A DNA stretch of 64,000 nt from Octopus vulgaris (taxonomy: Eukaryota), in contig OX597815.1 of NCBI GenBank assembly GCA_951406725.2, positions 192,572,001 through 192,636,000 of the forward strand, in the 5' to 3' direction. Within the stretch, counting starts at the first letter, position 1; each line of letters opens with the position of its first letter. The notes below the pieces were generated by a model. The model searched no databases. It was given only the letters and a program-made list of their open reading frames with translations, and was not told the origin of the DNA. Both the position numbers and the translations under genes were made by a program. Shown here piece after piece: positions 13,151 to 27,530 of the stretch.

Positions 13151-13297
13151 AAGCTTACGTTCTGCGAATTAGTCAGCTGTGACAAGCAGGGTGCGTGTTT
13201 CAAGTGCTGCTACATCTGGAATGATGATAAAAGCTGGCTGGTCAGTTTATTAGATGTATAGTAGTGATATAGTAATGATATAAGTGATATAGTAATG

Positions 13298-13823
13298 GGC
13301 GGCGAGCTGGCAGTATCGTTAGCATGTCGGGCGAAATGCTTAGCGGTATTTCGTCTGCCGTTACGTACTGAGTTCAAATTCCGCCGAGGTCGACTTTGCC
13401 GTTCATCCTTTCGGGGTCGATAAATTAAGTACCACTTAATCGACTTAACCCGTTTGTCTGTTCTTGTTTGTCCTCTCTGTGTTTGGCCCCTTGTAGGTAG
13501 TAAAGAAATAGATATGGTAATGATATAGTGGAGGCGCAATGGCCCAGTGGTTAGGGCATCGGACTCGCGGTCGGAGGATCGCGATTTCGATTCCCAGACC
13601 GGGTGTTGTGTATGTTTATTGAGCAAAAACACCTAAAAGCTCCACGAGGCTCGGGCAGGAGGTGGTGGCGACCCCTGTTGTACTCTTTCGCCACAACTTT
13701 CTCTCGCTCTTTCTTCCTGTTTCTTGAGTAACGCTGCGATGGACTGGCGTCCTGTCCAGCTGGGGGGAAACACATATGCTACAGAAACCGGGCCCATGAG
13801 CCTGGCTAGGCTTGAAAAGGGCG
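13298..13823 (+). mobile_element. SINE A (13298-13510) followed by SINE C with tail b (13530-13823)
   Basis: Recognisable heads; tail b ends catgagcctggctaggcttgaaaagggcg; both lie in a degenerate gatatagtaat repeat. Confidence 0.85.
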
Positions 13824-13977
13824 ACGTTTATCGTTATATAATGATATAGTAGTGACATAGTAATGATATAGTAAAATTACAATAATCTACGACAGCTATA
13901 GCTGCCTCTCTCAAAAATAATAGTCGCAAACATTCTTGAACACATCTCGTACACACATACAGACGTGTATGTGTATA

Positions 13978-14012
<35 letters not shown>

Positions 14013-14082
14013 GTGTGTGGTGGGTGTGAGTGTGTATGTATACATACATATATATGTGTGTGTGTGTGTATATATACATACT

Positions 14083-14114
<32 letters not shown>

Positions 14115-14138
14115 CTTATATATATATATATATACATA

Positions 14139-14216
<78 letters not shown>

Positions 14217-14458
14217 AACAGGAGATTAGAAAATTTTTAATCTCCTGTTTTGCTATTATTACTCTGTGGAAAATATTTTTCAGTATTTTCAACTCTTATG
14301 CCTACGTCAAACAAATAGAACATCTACACATAACTTTGGAGAACTAAAATAAGCTGATGTGCAACAAGAGGACACAGCCTGAATTGTAACCCTATCTACA
14401 TAACCCACAAACACACACACGCGCGCGTATATATGTGCGTGTGTGTGTGTGTGTGTAT

Positions 14459-14727
14459 GGAGGCGCAATGGTCCAGTGGTTAGGGCAGCGGACTCGCGGT
14501 TTCGATTCCTAGACCGGGCGTTCTGAGTGTTTATTGAGCGAAAACACCTAAAGTTCCACGAGGCTCCGGCAGGGGGTAGTGGCGATCCCTGCTGTACTCC
14601 TTCGCCGCAACTTTCTCTCACTCTTTCTTCTATAGGCCTGATTTGTTTGGCTAAAATAATGCGAACCGCATTGTGACCAGCAATGTGTAACAACATCTGA
14701 TAGCCTGGTCGGTCATGTGATCACGTG

Positions 14728-14730
<3 letters not shown>
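14459..14730 (+). mobile_element. SINE C with tail c (RTE-like); second copy at 16473-16758 (-)
   Basis: Family C head; tail gcattgtgaccagcratgtgtarcaacatctgatagcctggtcggtc. Confidence 0.85.
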
Positions 14731-14772
<42 letters not shown>

Positions 14773-14774
<2 letters not shown>

Positions 14775-15570
14775 ATGCGATGAGTAAATTGACCACATTT
14801 TATAGTTTTAATTTCGAACATTCACATTGCTGGTTTTGGATTTTGTCAACTATACAGTATAGTAGGGTCAGTTGGGCACCGTCTGTGAGACAAACAGTAC
14901 CATGACGCAATTTACTCACCCAGAAATTTGGAAACGACTTGCTGTACCGCTTGGCATTCACGTTGGAAGCTCCAATACGAACATTTCAGAGTGTCTGTGT
15001 GTCAATCTGAGTACAGTGCAATCTGAGGAAATGTACCGAGAGTGATAAAAACCAAACATCCAGTCAACATCATGATGTTTGGAGTGTTCACTAGTGATGG
15101 CGACGTTATACCCCCATTCACCTTCCCACACGGCCTCAGATTCAACACGGAGGCCTACATCAAGTGCCTGGTAGTAGTGCTGGTCTGGGTCAAGAAGGTG
15201 GTCACTGGAAGACCCTATGTCTGACAACAGGACTCTACACCATGTCACACAAGCAGAAGAACCCAGACAATATCTGCGACCACATCACCCCTAATATCTG
15301 GCCATTTGACCCACCAGACTGCAACCCCCTTGATTATTATGTTTGGGGACAGTTGATCGAGAAACCAACAAAACTTCTTGTAACATCAAAGAGGAACCGA
15401 AGGCAAGGATTATGGCAGCAGTCATCAACTTAAACAAGGAGACAGTCCAGAAGAGTTGCAGGAGATTCCGAAGTCTTCTGGACACCGTGGTTGAAGCCAA
15501 TGGCGATTTTATTGAATAAATTTACTCTTTAGAATTTCAAGGTATTTTTATATAATTTTGGTAATTACAT
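14773..15570 (+). pseudogene. maT/DD37D-type (Tc1-mariner superfamily) transposase remnant
   Basis: KTKHPVNIMMFGVFTSDG..PPFTFPHGLRFNTEAYIKCL...QQDSTPCHTS...IWP..PPDCNPLDYYVWG, with stops and frameshifts. Confidence 0.85.
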
Positions 15571-16896
15571 CGTCGTACGCAATAAAGACTTATACCACGT
15601 CTATCTTTTGTTTCTTTAATTAGCTATGTGTGTGTGTGTGTGCGTGTGTGTGTATAGACAGCCATACATATATAGCGCGCGTGTATATGTAACTTTTAAT
15701 CAGGAGGTAAATCAGTGCCTGTGACACTATATGGCCTCCGAGGCTAATGGAAAGGAGGGGAGGAAGCTTTCCTAAAACCAGAAAACTAGCCCGAATACTC
15801 GCAACAAGTGGATTCTGCTAAGGCACCGAAGTTGCTAGATAGCTATTTCTTTACTACCCACAAGGGGTTAAACACAGAGAGGACAAACAAGGACAGACAA
15901 ACAGATTAAGTCGATTACATCGACCCCAGTGCGTAACTGGTACTTAATTTATCGACCCCGAAAGGATGAAAGGCAAAGTCGACCTCGGCGGAATTTGAAC
16001 TCAGAACGTAGCGGCAGACGAAATACGGCTACGCATTTCGCCCGGCGTGCTACCGATTCTACCTAGATAGCGGGATTTAGTAAGCCATTGTGAGATTTGA
16101 TCTCGGAATGCAAGGAGCCAAAGCAAAGCATCCAGTCTGACGTTCTTACATTTCTGCCATTCCAACAGCTCTGAAATGGTAATTTTTAAAAATGTTTTTA
16201 TCGACTCTGAAAAGATGAAAGGCAAAGTTGACATTGGCGTGACTTGAACACAGAACGCATAGAGTCAGAACAAATATAGCGGAGAATTCTAAACGACACT
16301 CTAACGTTACTGCCATTTCGCTGCTTACCAACACACACACACACACACACACACGCAGGCACACACACACACACACACACGTATGAATATATAAATGTAT
16401 GCATATGTATGCATGTAAGTATATATCTTTGTATGTGGGTGTATGCGTATGTATGTGTGTATATTTATATATCACCGATCACCGCGACCGACCAGGCTAT
16501 CAGATGTTGCTACACATCGCTGGTCACAATGCGCTTCGCATTGTTTTAGCCTTCAAATGACGCCACCCCGCTGAAAGAGTGAGAAGAAAGAGTGAGAGAA
16601 AGTTGTACAGCAGGGATCGCCACCGCTCCCTGCCGGAGCCTCGTGGGGCTTTAGGTGTTTTTGCTCAATAAACACTCACAATGCCCGGTCTGGGAATCGA
16701 AACCGCGATCCTACAACCGCGAGTCTGCTACCCTAACCACTGGGCCATTGCGCCTCCACATGTATGTATATACGCCTATATACTTACAGATGTATGTATA
16801 TTAGTATGCATGAATGTAGATAAGTGTGTGCGTATTTATACGTATGTATATATACATCTCTTTCTCTCTGTCTATCTATCTATCTATCTATCTATC

Positions 16897-16942
<46 letters not shown>

Positions 16943-16948
16943 GCACAT

Positions 16949-16983
<35 letters not shown>

Positions 16984-18264
16984 ACATACATAAGTATATG
17001 TGCGTATGTAGGTATGTATGTTTCCGTCATATGTTGCTTTACGAAGAATTATAAAATAATTATTGAGCTAAATACAATAGCCAATCAAATTATTTTAAAT
17101 GATACAAATAATGTAAATGAGGTTTATATGCGCACATTTCCATTTCAGAAACGTAAGTCAATTATATAACAATATCGCTGAACGTGTTTCGCTTGTTAAG
17201 TAGGAATATTTATTTTACTATCCAATTTCGATTTAATGATAATGAAAGGAATTTTAAACCAAAACAACGATTGATATACTGTTTAGTACGTTGTTTCCCT
17301 TTGTTCTTCAGCTAGTACAAGCGGGTTGCCTGGTCCTCAGAAGATAGAGGAATGATAAAAAGCGATCGTAGTGGATGGCTTATAAAGAAGGAGCTTTATT
17401 ATTATGCAAAATATTCTGAGAGGTTCTTTTTTGTTTTTTCACCACAGGTGTGTCTGTGGTAACTTGAGCTACTACAAATAGCAGCCAAATCTCTCTTAAA
17501 ACACATGCTTTCAGCAAAAGAAAGACAGATTTGCAGTATTTCAGGGAAAAAAAAAATATATATGAAAGGCAACTCTGGGCTAAACGAAACGCACACAAAA
17601 GTATTATCTACTAAATAATACTTATTTCTTTATTACCCACAAGGGGCTAAACACAGAGGGGACAAACAAGGACAGACATAGGTATTAAGTCGATCACATC
17701 GACCCCAGTGCGTAACTGGTCCTTAATTTATCGACCCCGAAAGGATGAAAGGCAAAGTCGACCTCGACGGAATTTGAACTCACAACGTAACGCAGACGAA
17801 ATACCTATTTCTTTATTACCCACAAGGGGCTAAACACAGAGAGGACAAACAAGGACAGACATAGGTATTAAGTCGATTACATCGACCCCAGTGCGTAACT
17901 GGTACTTAATTTATCGACCCCGAAAGGATGAAAGGCAAAGTCGACCTCGGCGGAATTTGAACTCACAACGTAACGCAGACGAAATACCGCTAAGCATTTC
18001 GCCCGGCGTGCTCACGTTTCTGCCAGCTCGCCATACTAATAGCTCGACGCTCTGAAGGCAAAACTGCGTCAGGAAGAGGCTTTGATTCCGCAAGAACAGC
18101 TGCGTGCCACATGTGAAGCATTTGCACCAAAATTTCAGGCTGTAATTCGAAACAGTGGTGGTCATATCGAATAAATGTGGTAGTGTCATAACTGTATTCC
18201 ATTTACCATTGCATTGCAACGCTCAGACTCGAAATATGTGGAAGAGAACCAGAGTGGTAGGAAA

Positions 18265-18970
18265 AGTGGCGTAGCTAAGGTAGACCGCGCCCGGGGCAAG
18301 CCGTAAAAATCTCCCCAACCCCAAACACCAATTACAAAATGCACGATATTATATAGTACTTATTTATTACAAGTAATTAATGTTTTAAAGCAATATTTGG
18401 TTCTAGTAGCGTAGACTGGACCCGGTTTGCGCACACGCGCGTCCGCGCTAGCCAGACGTAGGCAGTCGATCCTACGAGCTGACTGGCGCATGCACGATAT
18501 ATACTTGTATACATATATACGATATATCGTATACAAGTATATATCGTATATATCGTGCACGCGCCAGTCAGCTCGTAAGATCGACTGCCTACGTCTGGCT
18601 TGCACGGACGCGCGTGTGCGCAAACCGGGTCCAGTCTAAGCTACTAGTACCGCAATATTTTGAGAATAAATACTATACCAGGGTTCATTTACCTGCCATT
18701 TCTGTACAATATATAATTCGAAATATATTTTTTTTAATGTTTACCTTTACGAAGCCTTTTTTGACGCCCTTTGTGAAAATGTCCAGACATGAATGTAGAC
18801 AGCCATCATATTGTGTTTTCCTTCAATAACAACATAAAACAATAAACTGGAGATCCATCTTTACAATTGCAATTTTATAAATGTTCAAGCTATTATAAAT
18901 GTTCAAGTATTATGGTCAATTCTGCGCCCCGCTTCAATCGGTGCCCGGGACACGTGACCTCCTTGTAACT
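18265..18970. mobile_element. hAT-like MITE hosting a nested palindromic element
   Basis: Left end agtggcgtagctaagg...gcgcccggggcaag; right subterminal tgcgcccc...gtgcccgggacacgtg; right terminus eroded. Confidence 0.5.
18399..18651. mobile_element. Fully palindromic Mutator/foldback-type MITE
   Basis: ~105-bp GC-rich arms (ggttctagtagcgtagactggacccgg / ccgggtccagtctaagctactagtacc) and a perfect 9-bp TSD gcaatattt at 18390-18398 and 18652-18660. Confidence 0.9.
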
Positions 18971-19992
18971 ATATACGTACACATATATATACATACATAC
19001 ATACCTATGCTTAGACAGGATGTTTCGAAATTAAAGCAACCGAAGTTTCGGACTTTAGTACCTATTTCTTTATTACCCGCAAGGGGTTAAATATAGAGGG
19101 GACAAACAAGGACAGACAAAGGTATTAATTCAATTAAATCGACCCCAGTGCGTAACTGGTACTTAATTTATCGACCCCGAAAGGATGAAAGGCAAAGTCG
19201 ACCTCGGCGGAATTTGAACTCACAACGTTACGGCAGGCGAAATACCGCTAAGCATTTCGCCCGGCGTGCTAACGTTTCTGCTAGCTCTATCAATAAATGT
19301 GTTAACCATTCAACTTAAAATTACAATTGTTAATTATTGTACATCAAGTCAAGTGGACTGAGATGTACATATAGTGTTGTCATATAGAGTGGAGGTTCAA
19401 TATGAAGTTTTGAACTCATTATTTTGTGGTTAGTAATCCATTACCTTAAATTTGAAGCCATTAAGTCTTTAAGCATTATTTTACTGGGTTTAGTCTTTCG
19501 AGTGTCACCATGATAGGGTATCACCTTAAAAAAATTAACTGATCATACTGACTTAAGTACGCATTTCAATCTAGCATTCATTTTATAGATCTCTACTTGA
19601 CGAACTGCTAACTTTGAGACATAGTGGGACACAATACACGATTTAACAACAAATATAAAAACACACACGCACACATATTAGGTGCAAGAATGACTGTGTG
19701 GTCGAGAAGTTTGCTTCCCAACCACATGGTTCCATGTTCAGTCCCTCTGCATGGCGCCTTGGGCAAGTGTTTTCTATTATAACCCAAGGCCAACCAAGAC
19801 TTGTGGCTGAATTTGGTAGACGGAAACTGCAGCATTGTTTATTAGAAAATGACTGAAAAACATGTTTATAAAGAAGAGTTGTTTGCTTCATACTCCTCCT
19901 GTGCCGATTCTGCCCATAAGAAAGAAAGAAATAATACAATGTGGCTGTAGGTTATGACATCTGGGTAGCGCCGGGGTGCATTGCTAGTTGCT

Positions 19993-20033
19993 AAACGGAC
20001 GGGTCATTCGAAGCCTCTAATCTTCAGTCATAT

Positions 20034-20119
<86 letters not shown>

Positions 20120-21065
20120 CTGAAGATTAGAGGCTTCGAATGACCCGTCCGTTTTTTTGTGTCGTCTCTTTGAGTGTTTTGCGTTCTTGTCCCATTTTGT
20201 ATTTTTATATATATTTTTTATACATATATTATTGCGGCGTAACGTACATCTTGTTCTCTTATGTATGTAAGCATTCCACTACTGTACGACTTCTACACAC
20301 ACTTTCTCTATATTTCACTAGTCTCCGTCTTTCTCTTTTATCGCCTCTGATTCTTTGGTCTCCTCTTCCCCCACTCTCTCACATTTCTCTGTCTTTCTCA
20401 CTTTGCACCTCACTGATTCTGTCGCCAAGCCAATCCTTGGCACGCTCCCTTTCTTCTCCCCCATTCAACCTTATGGTGAATAAAGAAATACCCTTTCTTC
20501 TCCCCTCTTTAATTCCTTCTTTCTCTCTCTTCTCCCCCCTTTGGTGCCTTTGTCCCTCTTTTTCTCTCTCTCTTTGATTCCTTTGCCCCCTTTTTTCTCT
20601 CTCTTCTCCTCTCACGTGACCGCCGGTCAACTAGCCTTTCGGCTTCTGACCACTGCCACGACAACATCGTTTTCTTCGTCTGCAATAAAGGCATTTTTTT
20701 CCATATACGCCAGCTAAGCTAAGATCAACTGTCTAAAGTCGTAAGACACCCGCTGTTTTTGTCCTGTTATTACTATTATTGTTTTTTGTATTTATATTCG
20801 TTTGGCATCGTCCGTTTTTCTGTCCTTGTTTCGTATACATTCGATCCTTTTTCCAAGAAATCTAATGCTCGTAGCTTAGTTTTTCCTTGGGGCTGGCCGG
20901 ATCGGAGCGATCTCAAGATTAATCAGCCGAAATTGCGAGGATGATCCGGTTCTTGACTGAAGATTAGAGGCTTCGAATGACCCGTCCGTCTTTTGTGTCG
21001 TCTCTTTGAGTGTTTTGCGTTCTTGTCCCATTTTGTATTTTTATATATATTTTTTATACATATAT
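19993..21065 (+). mobile_element. Penelope-like non-autonomous element with direct pseudo-LTRs and inverted end, in (TA)n
   Basis: Direct repeats 20117-20229 and 20954-21065; inverted copy of their start at 19993-20030 across a (TA)n tract. Family fragments at ~24283-24590(-) and 44218-44335(-). Penelope assignment rests on architecture only. Confidence 0.6.
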
Positions 21066-21260
21066 ATATATTTACATATATATATATATATTTATATATA
21101 TGTATATATATTTATATATATATATGTATATATATATATTTATATATATGTATATATATATTTATATATATGTATATATATATATATTTATATATTTGTA
21201 TATATATATAAATATATACATATATATATATGTATATATATATATTTGTATATATATATA

Positions 21261-21313
<53 letters not shown>

Positions 21314-21741
21314 GTATATATATATACGTATATATATATATATGTATATATATATGAATATATATATATGTATATATATATTTATATATACACACACGCA
21401 TATATATATATATATTTATATATACACACACACACGCATATATATATATATACACACGCATATATATATATATGCATACATACATATATATGTATATATA
21501 TATTCACACACATACATGTATATGTACACACACACATATATATATATATTAATATATATATATATATATATATATATCAAGGATATCCAGAGGTAATGCA
21601 GTTGCTTATTTTGATTCTAATCACCTTATTTTGAAATAGCATGGATAATACCGTACTAAATTCTGGTGCCTCAACTTAATTACCATATTCATCTGAATCT
21701 AAATTTTTGCTGAACTCATATGTATATATACATACATACAT

Positions 21742-21782
<41 letters not shown>

Positions 21783-21839
21783 CGCACGCATGCACATATA
21801 AATATATATATACATGTAATGTATATACACACATATATA

Positions 21840-22260
21840 TCACCAATCACCTATACTGACAAGATTACTGGATATTTTGCTTATACCACTGGTCACAATG
21901 CGCTTCCAATTCTTTCTTGGTTGTGCCTTTATTTTTCCACCTCAGCCCAAGTCGTTTAAATAAATCGTCATCTAGCGCCGGGCAGGTAGGCTTTCTCATA
22001 GGTGTTTTCTGATCGCTTAGACACCACTTGGCAACTGCACGGCTCCACTTGTTGTCTGTGAACCTTGTGACATGTACGGCCCAGTAGAAGTAATGCTTTC
22101 AACATTCTGCTGTCTGTTCTCGAATTACTTCATTACATCTCCGAGGGTGCCAGACTTATTGTAATATCTTCACATGACTGATGACTGTTTACTGGCTTTT
22201 TGCATATTCCATCTGTAAATTATGAACATTACGATTGCTATGCAGCTCCGAAGTTTCTGA
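21840..22260 (-). pseudogene. RTE-clade LINE 3' end fragment
   Basis: WAVHVTRFTDNKWSRAVAKWCLSDQKTPMRKPT matches the RTE C-terminal WAGHV.R..D.RW...V..W motif. Confidence 0.7.
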
Positions 22261-22716
22261 AACGGCTGTCGAGTCAAGAAATTATTCAATTTTACTTCTT
22301 AGTGTGTTGTTTATATATACTCTTTTACTCTTTACTCTTTTGACTGCGGCCATGCTGGAGCACCGCCTTTAATCGAGCAACTCGACCCCGGGGCTTATTC
22401 TTTTTGTAAGCCCAGTACTTATTCTATCGGTCCCTTTTGCCGAACCGCTAAGTGACGGGGACATAAGTACACCAGCATCGGTTGTCAAGCAATGCTAGGG
22501 GGACAAACACAGACACACAAACACACACACACATCCATATATACATACATATATACGACAGGCTTCTTTCAGTTTCCGTCTACCAAATCCACTCACAAGG
22601 CATTGGTCGGCCCGAGGCTATAGTGGAAGACACTTGCCCAAGGTGCCACGCAGTGGGACTGAACCCGGAACCATGTGGTTGGTAAACAAGCTACTTACCA
22701 CACAGCCACTCCTGCG

Positions 22717-22873
<157 letters not shown>

Positions 22874-22874
22874 G

Positions 22875-22944
<70 letters not shown>

Positions 22945-23274
22945 GTGGTGATGGTGGTGACCCCCTTCGGTCAGACACTGACCATGGGTTTGCACCTAGA
23001 GAGTTACCCTCTAAGGCACAAGTCTAGGCAAGGTTGTTTTATGGAAGACCAGCAGTCGCCCATGCATACCGGCCTCCCCTCTCCAAGGGAAAGGCAAGGG
23101 CCGATACAGCTTGGCACCTGTGACGTCGCAACTCATTTCTACAGCTGAGTGAACTGGAGCAACGTGAAATAAAGTGTCTTGCTCAAGAACACAACTCGCA
23201 GCCCGGTCCGGGATTCGAGCTCACAACCTCACGATCGTAAGCTCGACGCTCTAACCACTGAGCCACGCGCCTTC

Positions 23275-23385
<111 letters not shown>

Positions 23386-23470
23386 TAAGGATAATATCGA
23401 TATTAAAATATCGATATTATCAAGTGGCCGGCATGGGAAAAAATACGATACAAAGGTAATAATTTTTTAC

Positions 23471-23622
23471 AACTAAAAATATGGGTGACTGAGAGACACC
23501 ACCATGCCGAAATAGCAGTCAAATCCCTGACTCTAAAAACCACGTTAAATGTTCATTTAGAGTCAGGGATTTGACTGCTATTTCGGCATGGTAGTGTCTC
23601 TCAGACACCCTTATTTTTAGTT
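23471..23622. repeat. ~67-bp-arm near-perfect hairpin with 18-nt loop
   Basis: aactaaaaatatgggtg...ccctgactctaaa pairs with tttagagtcaggg...cacccttatttttagtt. Confidence 0.9.
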
Positions 23623-23763
23623 TCATATATATATATATGACAAACACACACGCATACACACACACACATACAATGACACAAAAGCATGCACACAAGGATA
23701 CACACACATCTTAGAAGAACAGAATGGAGTAAGTGAAGTAGGAGCACTCACGGAAACGAAAAG

Positions 23764-23806
23764 TGTCGCTGAAGAGGTCACAGATGTGACAAAAGATTTC
23801 CGAACA
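23764..23806 (+). ncRNA. Hammerhead ribozyme-like motif (GAAA mutated to AAAA)
   Basis: tcg-ctgaagag-gtcac(agat)gtgac-aaaagatttc-cga; same stem II as the motif at 36172-36213. Confidence 0.5.
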
Positions 23807-24182
23807 ACGGACAGGCGTTAAAATAAAAAGAAGTAAATAATAAACAAAATAACCATCCCAAAATACAACAATATATATATACACACATAATATTTTTAAG
23901 CATACGGATACACAAAAAGTTAAGTATAGAAGGAAAAGAGTACTCAATGCTTATGTAAAGTATTTTTTAATAGAGCAATAAAATTTAATCATGTAACCTA
24001 GAATATCCAATGGAAGCTGAGCTTTCCTAGGATGTTCCGGGACATATGATAAAACAAAGGTCTACTTTTCTACGCTCCTCTCACAACGGACATTTGAAAA
24101 ATATATACATACTTGCCTGTCTAGGAAACCGCCTGGTTAAACTACACACAGAATACATGTATACATACATACATACACACAC

Positions 24183-24263
<81 letters not shown>

Positions 24264-24773
24264 CACACACACACACATATATAAAATACAAAATGGGACA
24301 AGAACGCAAAACATCTAGATAGACGATACAAAGAAAACAAGAATGGGTCATTCGGAAATTTCTTTAGTCGAGTTCCAGATTATCTTTGCAATTTCGGCTG
24401 GTTATACTTGAAATTGCTCCAATCAGGCCAGCCCCAAGGAAGAACTAAGCTAAGAGCATTAGATTCCTTGGAAGAAAGCAGCGAAAGTATACAAAAACAA
24501 GGACAGAAAAAAAACGGACAATGTTACACAAATACAGTAGAAATAAGAGGACATAACAACAGGTGTCTTTCGACTTAGGACGAATTATATATATATATAT
24601 ATATATATATAAAGGGCAAGCAACAGGTTGCTTAGCCACATACCGAAAAATTAGAAATAGCAGTCAAAGACCGCTTATTTCTATTTTCTACAAATATCAT
24701 TCCACATATAACATATACATGTAACTCATATGTAAAACAGGATGAAAAGTAACGAAAACAAAGTCTTCGGTTA

Positions 24774-24833
24774 GTTACGGACGCGTTTCTGTGTCAGAAT
24801 TATAAACAAATTCATTCCCGTCTTCAGCGCAAC
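24774..24833 (-). ncRNA. Type I hammerhead ribozyme motif with intact core
   Basis: Minus strand: gttgcg-CTGAAGA-[~31 nt]-GAAACGCGTC-cgtaac; stem I pairs; palindromic stem III acgcgt; GUC triplet. Confidence 0.65.
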
Positions 24834-25041
24834 CATCCGTTAGATAGATTTGCAAATGCTTCCCGACCTCGCGCCATCGGAGATAGCAGGAGATAGTCTC
24901 AACACAGGCCAAATCCATATAGACGAATGAATTCGTATTTTCCTTTCCAAAATTTTATGACAATCCCTTATGACAGTATATATATGTTGATTCGCTAGCT
25001 TCTGCACGCATTTTTTTTCTCTCCTTGTTTCTTTCTGTGTA

Positions 25042-25079
25042 TCTTTCTGTTGAAGAGCGTAGGCTCGAAACGTAAAAGA
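25042..25079 (+). ncRNA. Hammerhead-like motif in short TA-associated element; related copies at 54774-54810(-) and 63070-63109(+)
   Basis: tcttt-ctgttga-a-gagc(gtag)gctc-gaaacgta-aaaga. Confidence 0.6.
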
Positions 25080-26658
25080 CTTGTTTTATTTATATCCCTG
25101 AGCGCCATACTAATACAATTGTTGGTTTATATTCCACCTGCCTTCGTCTTTTGTTTATTTTCATAAAGCTTCCCTTTATATATATATAGTTGAGCAGTAT
25201 ATCACTGGTTAAATAATTTCGCGACGACTATTGCACTTGGTAATATTGATGACTCCTCAGATATGCTGGCTGAAAGTGCATTGCCTGTTTTATACTGGAG
25301 GTATATATGTTAACCGAAGCTGACTTCAAGATCATAAAAAGAATTGGAACGAATAGTCAACAGTAATGTCATTTTACGGGGTGAGGGAGAAGAGCTGTCA
25401 CTCGAAGATCGATCTCAACTGCGGCTGACAACTGTCAGCTGTGAGTGGGCATATGACGACCAAAAATGGGAAGGGCGGTGTTCCCAAAATGAATTTCTTT
25501 CCATGTAGGCAGTAACGAAATATTTCGCTTGGTGAGTTCAGAAAAGCAACTGATCGTGTGAATATTTTTGAATGATGCTCCTTTCGACCAAGCCAAGCTT
25601 GCAACCTTTATTTACATTCAGATACGGCCCATGTTGATTCAGCAGTCTCTTGTTAGTTTTATATGGATTCCCATTCGCATTTGATGGCCATATACAGCCA
25701 GTTAACGTTGTAGCCTTGAGTCACTCTTACATTCTAAGAGATAATCTGTGATTACTGAATCTGGAATTAAAAAACAACCCCCTTGCCATTACCCAACATA
25801 TTTTTGTACGTGTCCCACCCATCGTTGTTGTTCGACAACACTATCTCTGTTTCATATACCAAGGCCTCTGTGCTGCATTGACCACGTGTGTGTGTGTGTA
25901 CATTAAAATTTATAGTTCATAATTATTTATAGTATACACACTCAGACAGAACTAAATTGGTGTATTTCGCTTGCACAACAGTGCTAGTGTTGTCAACGGG
26001 AATTAACTAATAGAAGCATTACACGAAGGTAGGGATATTATTGCCACTGCACAGAGGAGTTAATAAAGGCTGAAATTAGTCAGACTGATAATTTTCCTAA
26101 CCACAAAGAGAAAAACCCGAAGTTTAGTTGCAGTGTCCACTCTTCACAGCAAGGCTAAAATGAACGTTTTCTGGGAACATGTGTCTAAGTTTACAGTAAT
26201 TCTACACAAATACCTTGAATAGAAGATCAGAATTAATGTCTAAGTGTCAACATGAGAACAAACCCAACTAGACTATCAAGCCAAATTGAATGCAAACACT
26301 CCTGCAACAAAAAGTTCATCAGCTGCCATCCTGCACAGTTTCAAAACACAAACTGATTAAAATAACTTATTTTTGTACACATTAGACTTGCTGTATTTTG
26401 AAACATGGTCCTGTATTGAAAGAAATTTATTTTTCATTAGTCCAAGGGTTACATGATCAATAACCACTGCCTTGTTTTTGTGTGTTTTATACCTATAGTA
26501 CTGGAAATCTGAAAAATACAATGAGGTTTTGCATATGAATAGATAAATATGTCACGTTCTGCAGATAACCGCTGCCTAGATGAATGCCACAATTTCTAAT
26601 GAATTTTTGGCAACCAATTAAATTTCAATCCCTAATAATATTATGAAGTGTTTGTGAA

Positions 26659-27530
<872 letters not shown>

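Larger units (their letters stand above)
15843..19287 (-). mobile_element. Cluster of CpG-intact SINE A copies (15843-16055, dimer 17623-18032, 19062-19287)
   Basis: Near-identical reverse-complement copies of family A. Confidence 0.9.

Noticed and set aside
18360-18639. Mirror ORFs on both strands (MRTRAS...)
   Set aside because: Consequence of the palindromic MITE.
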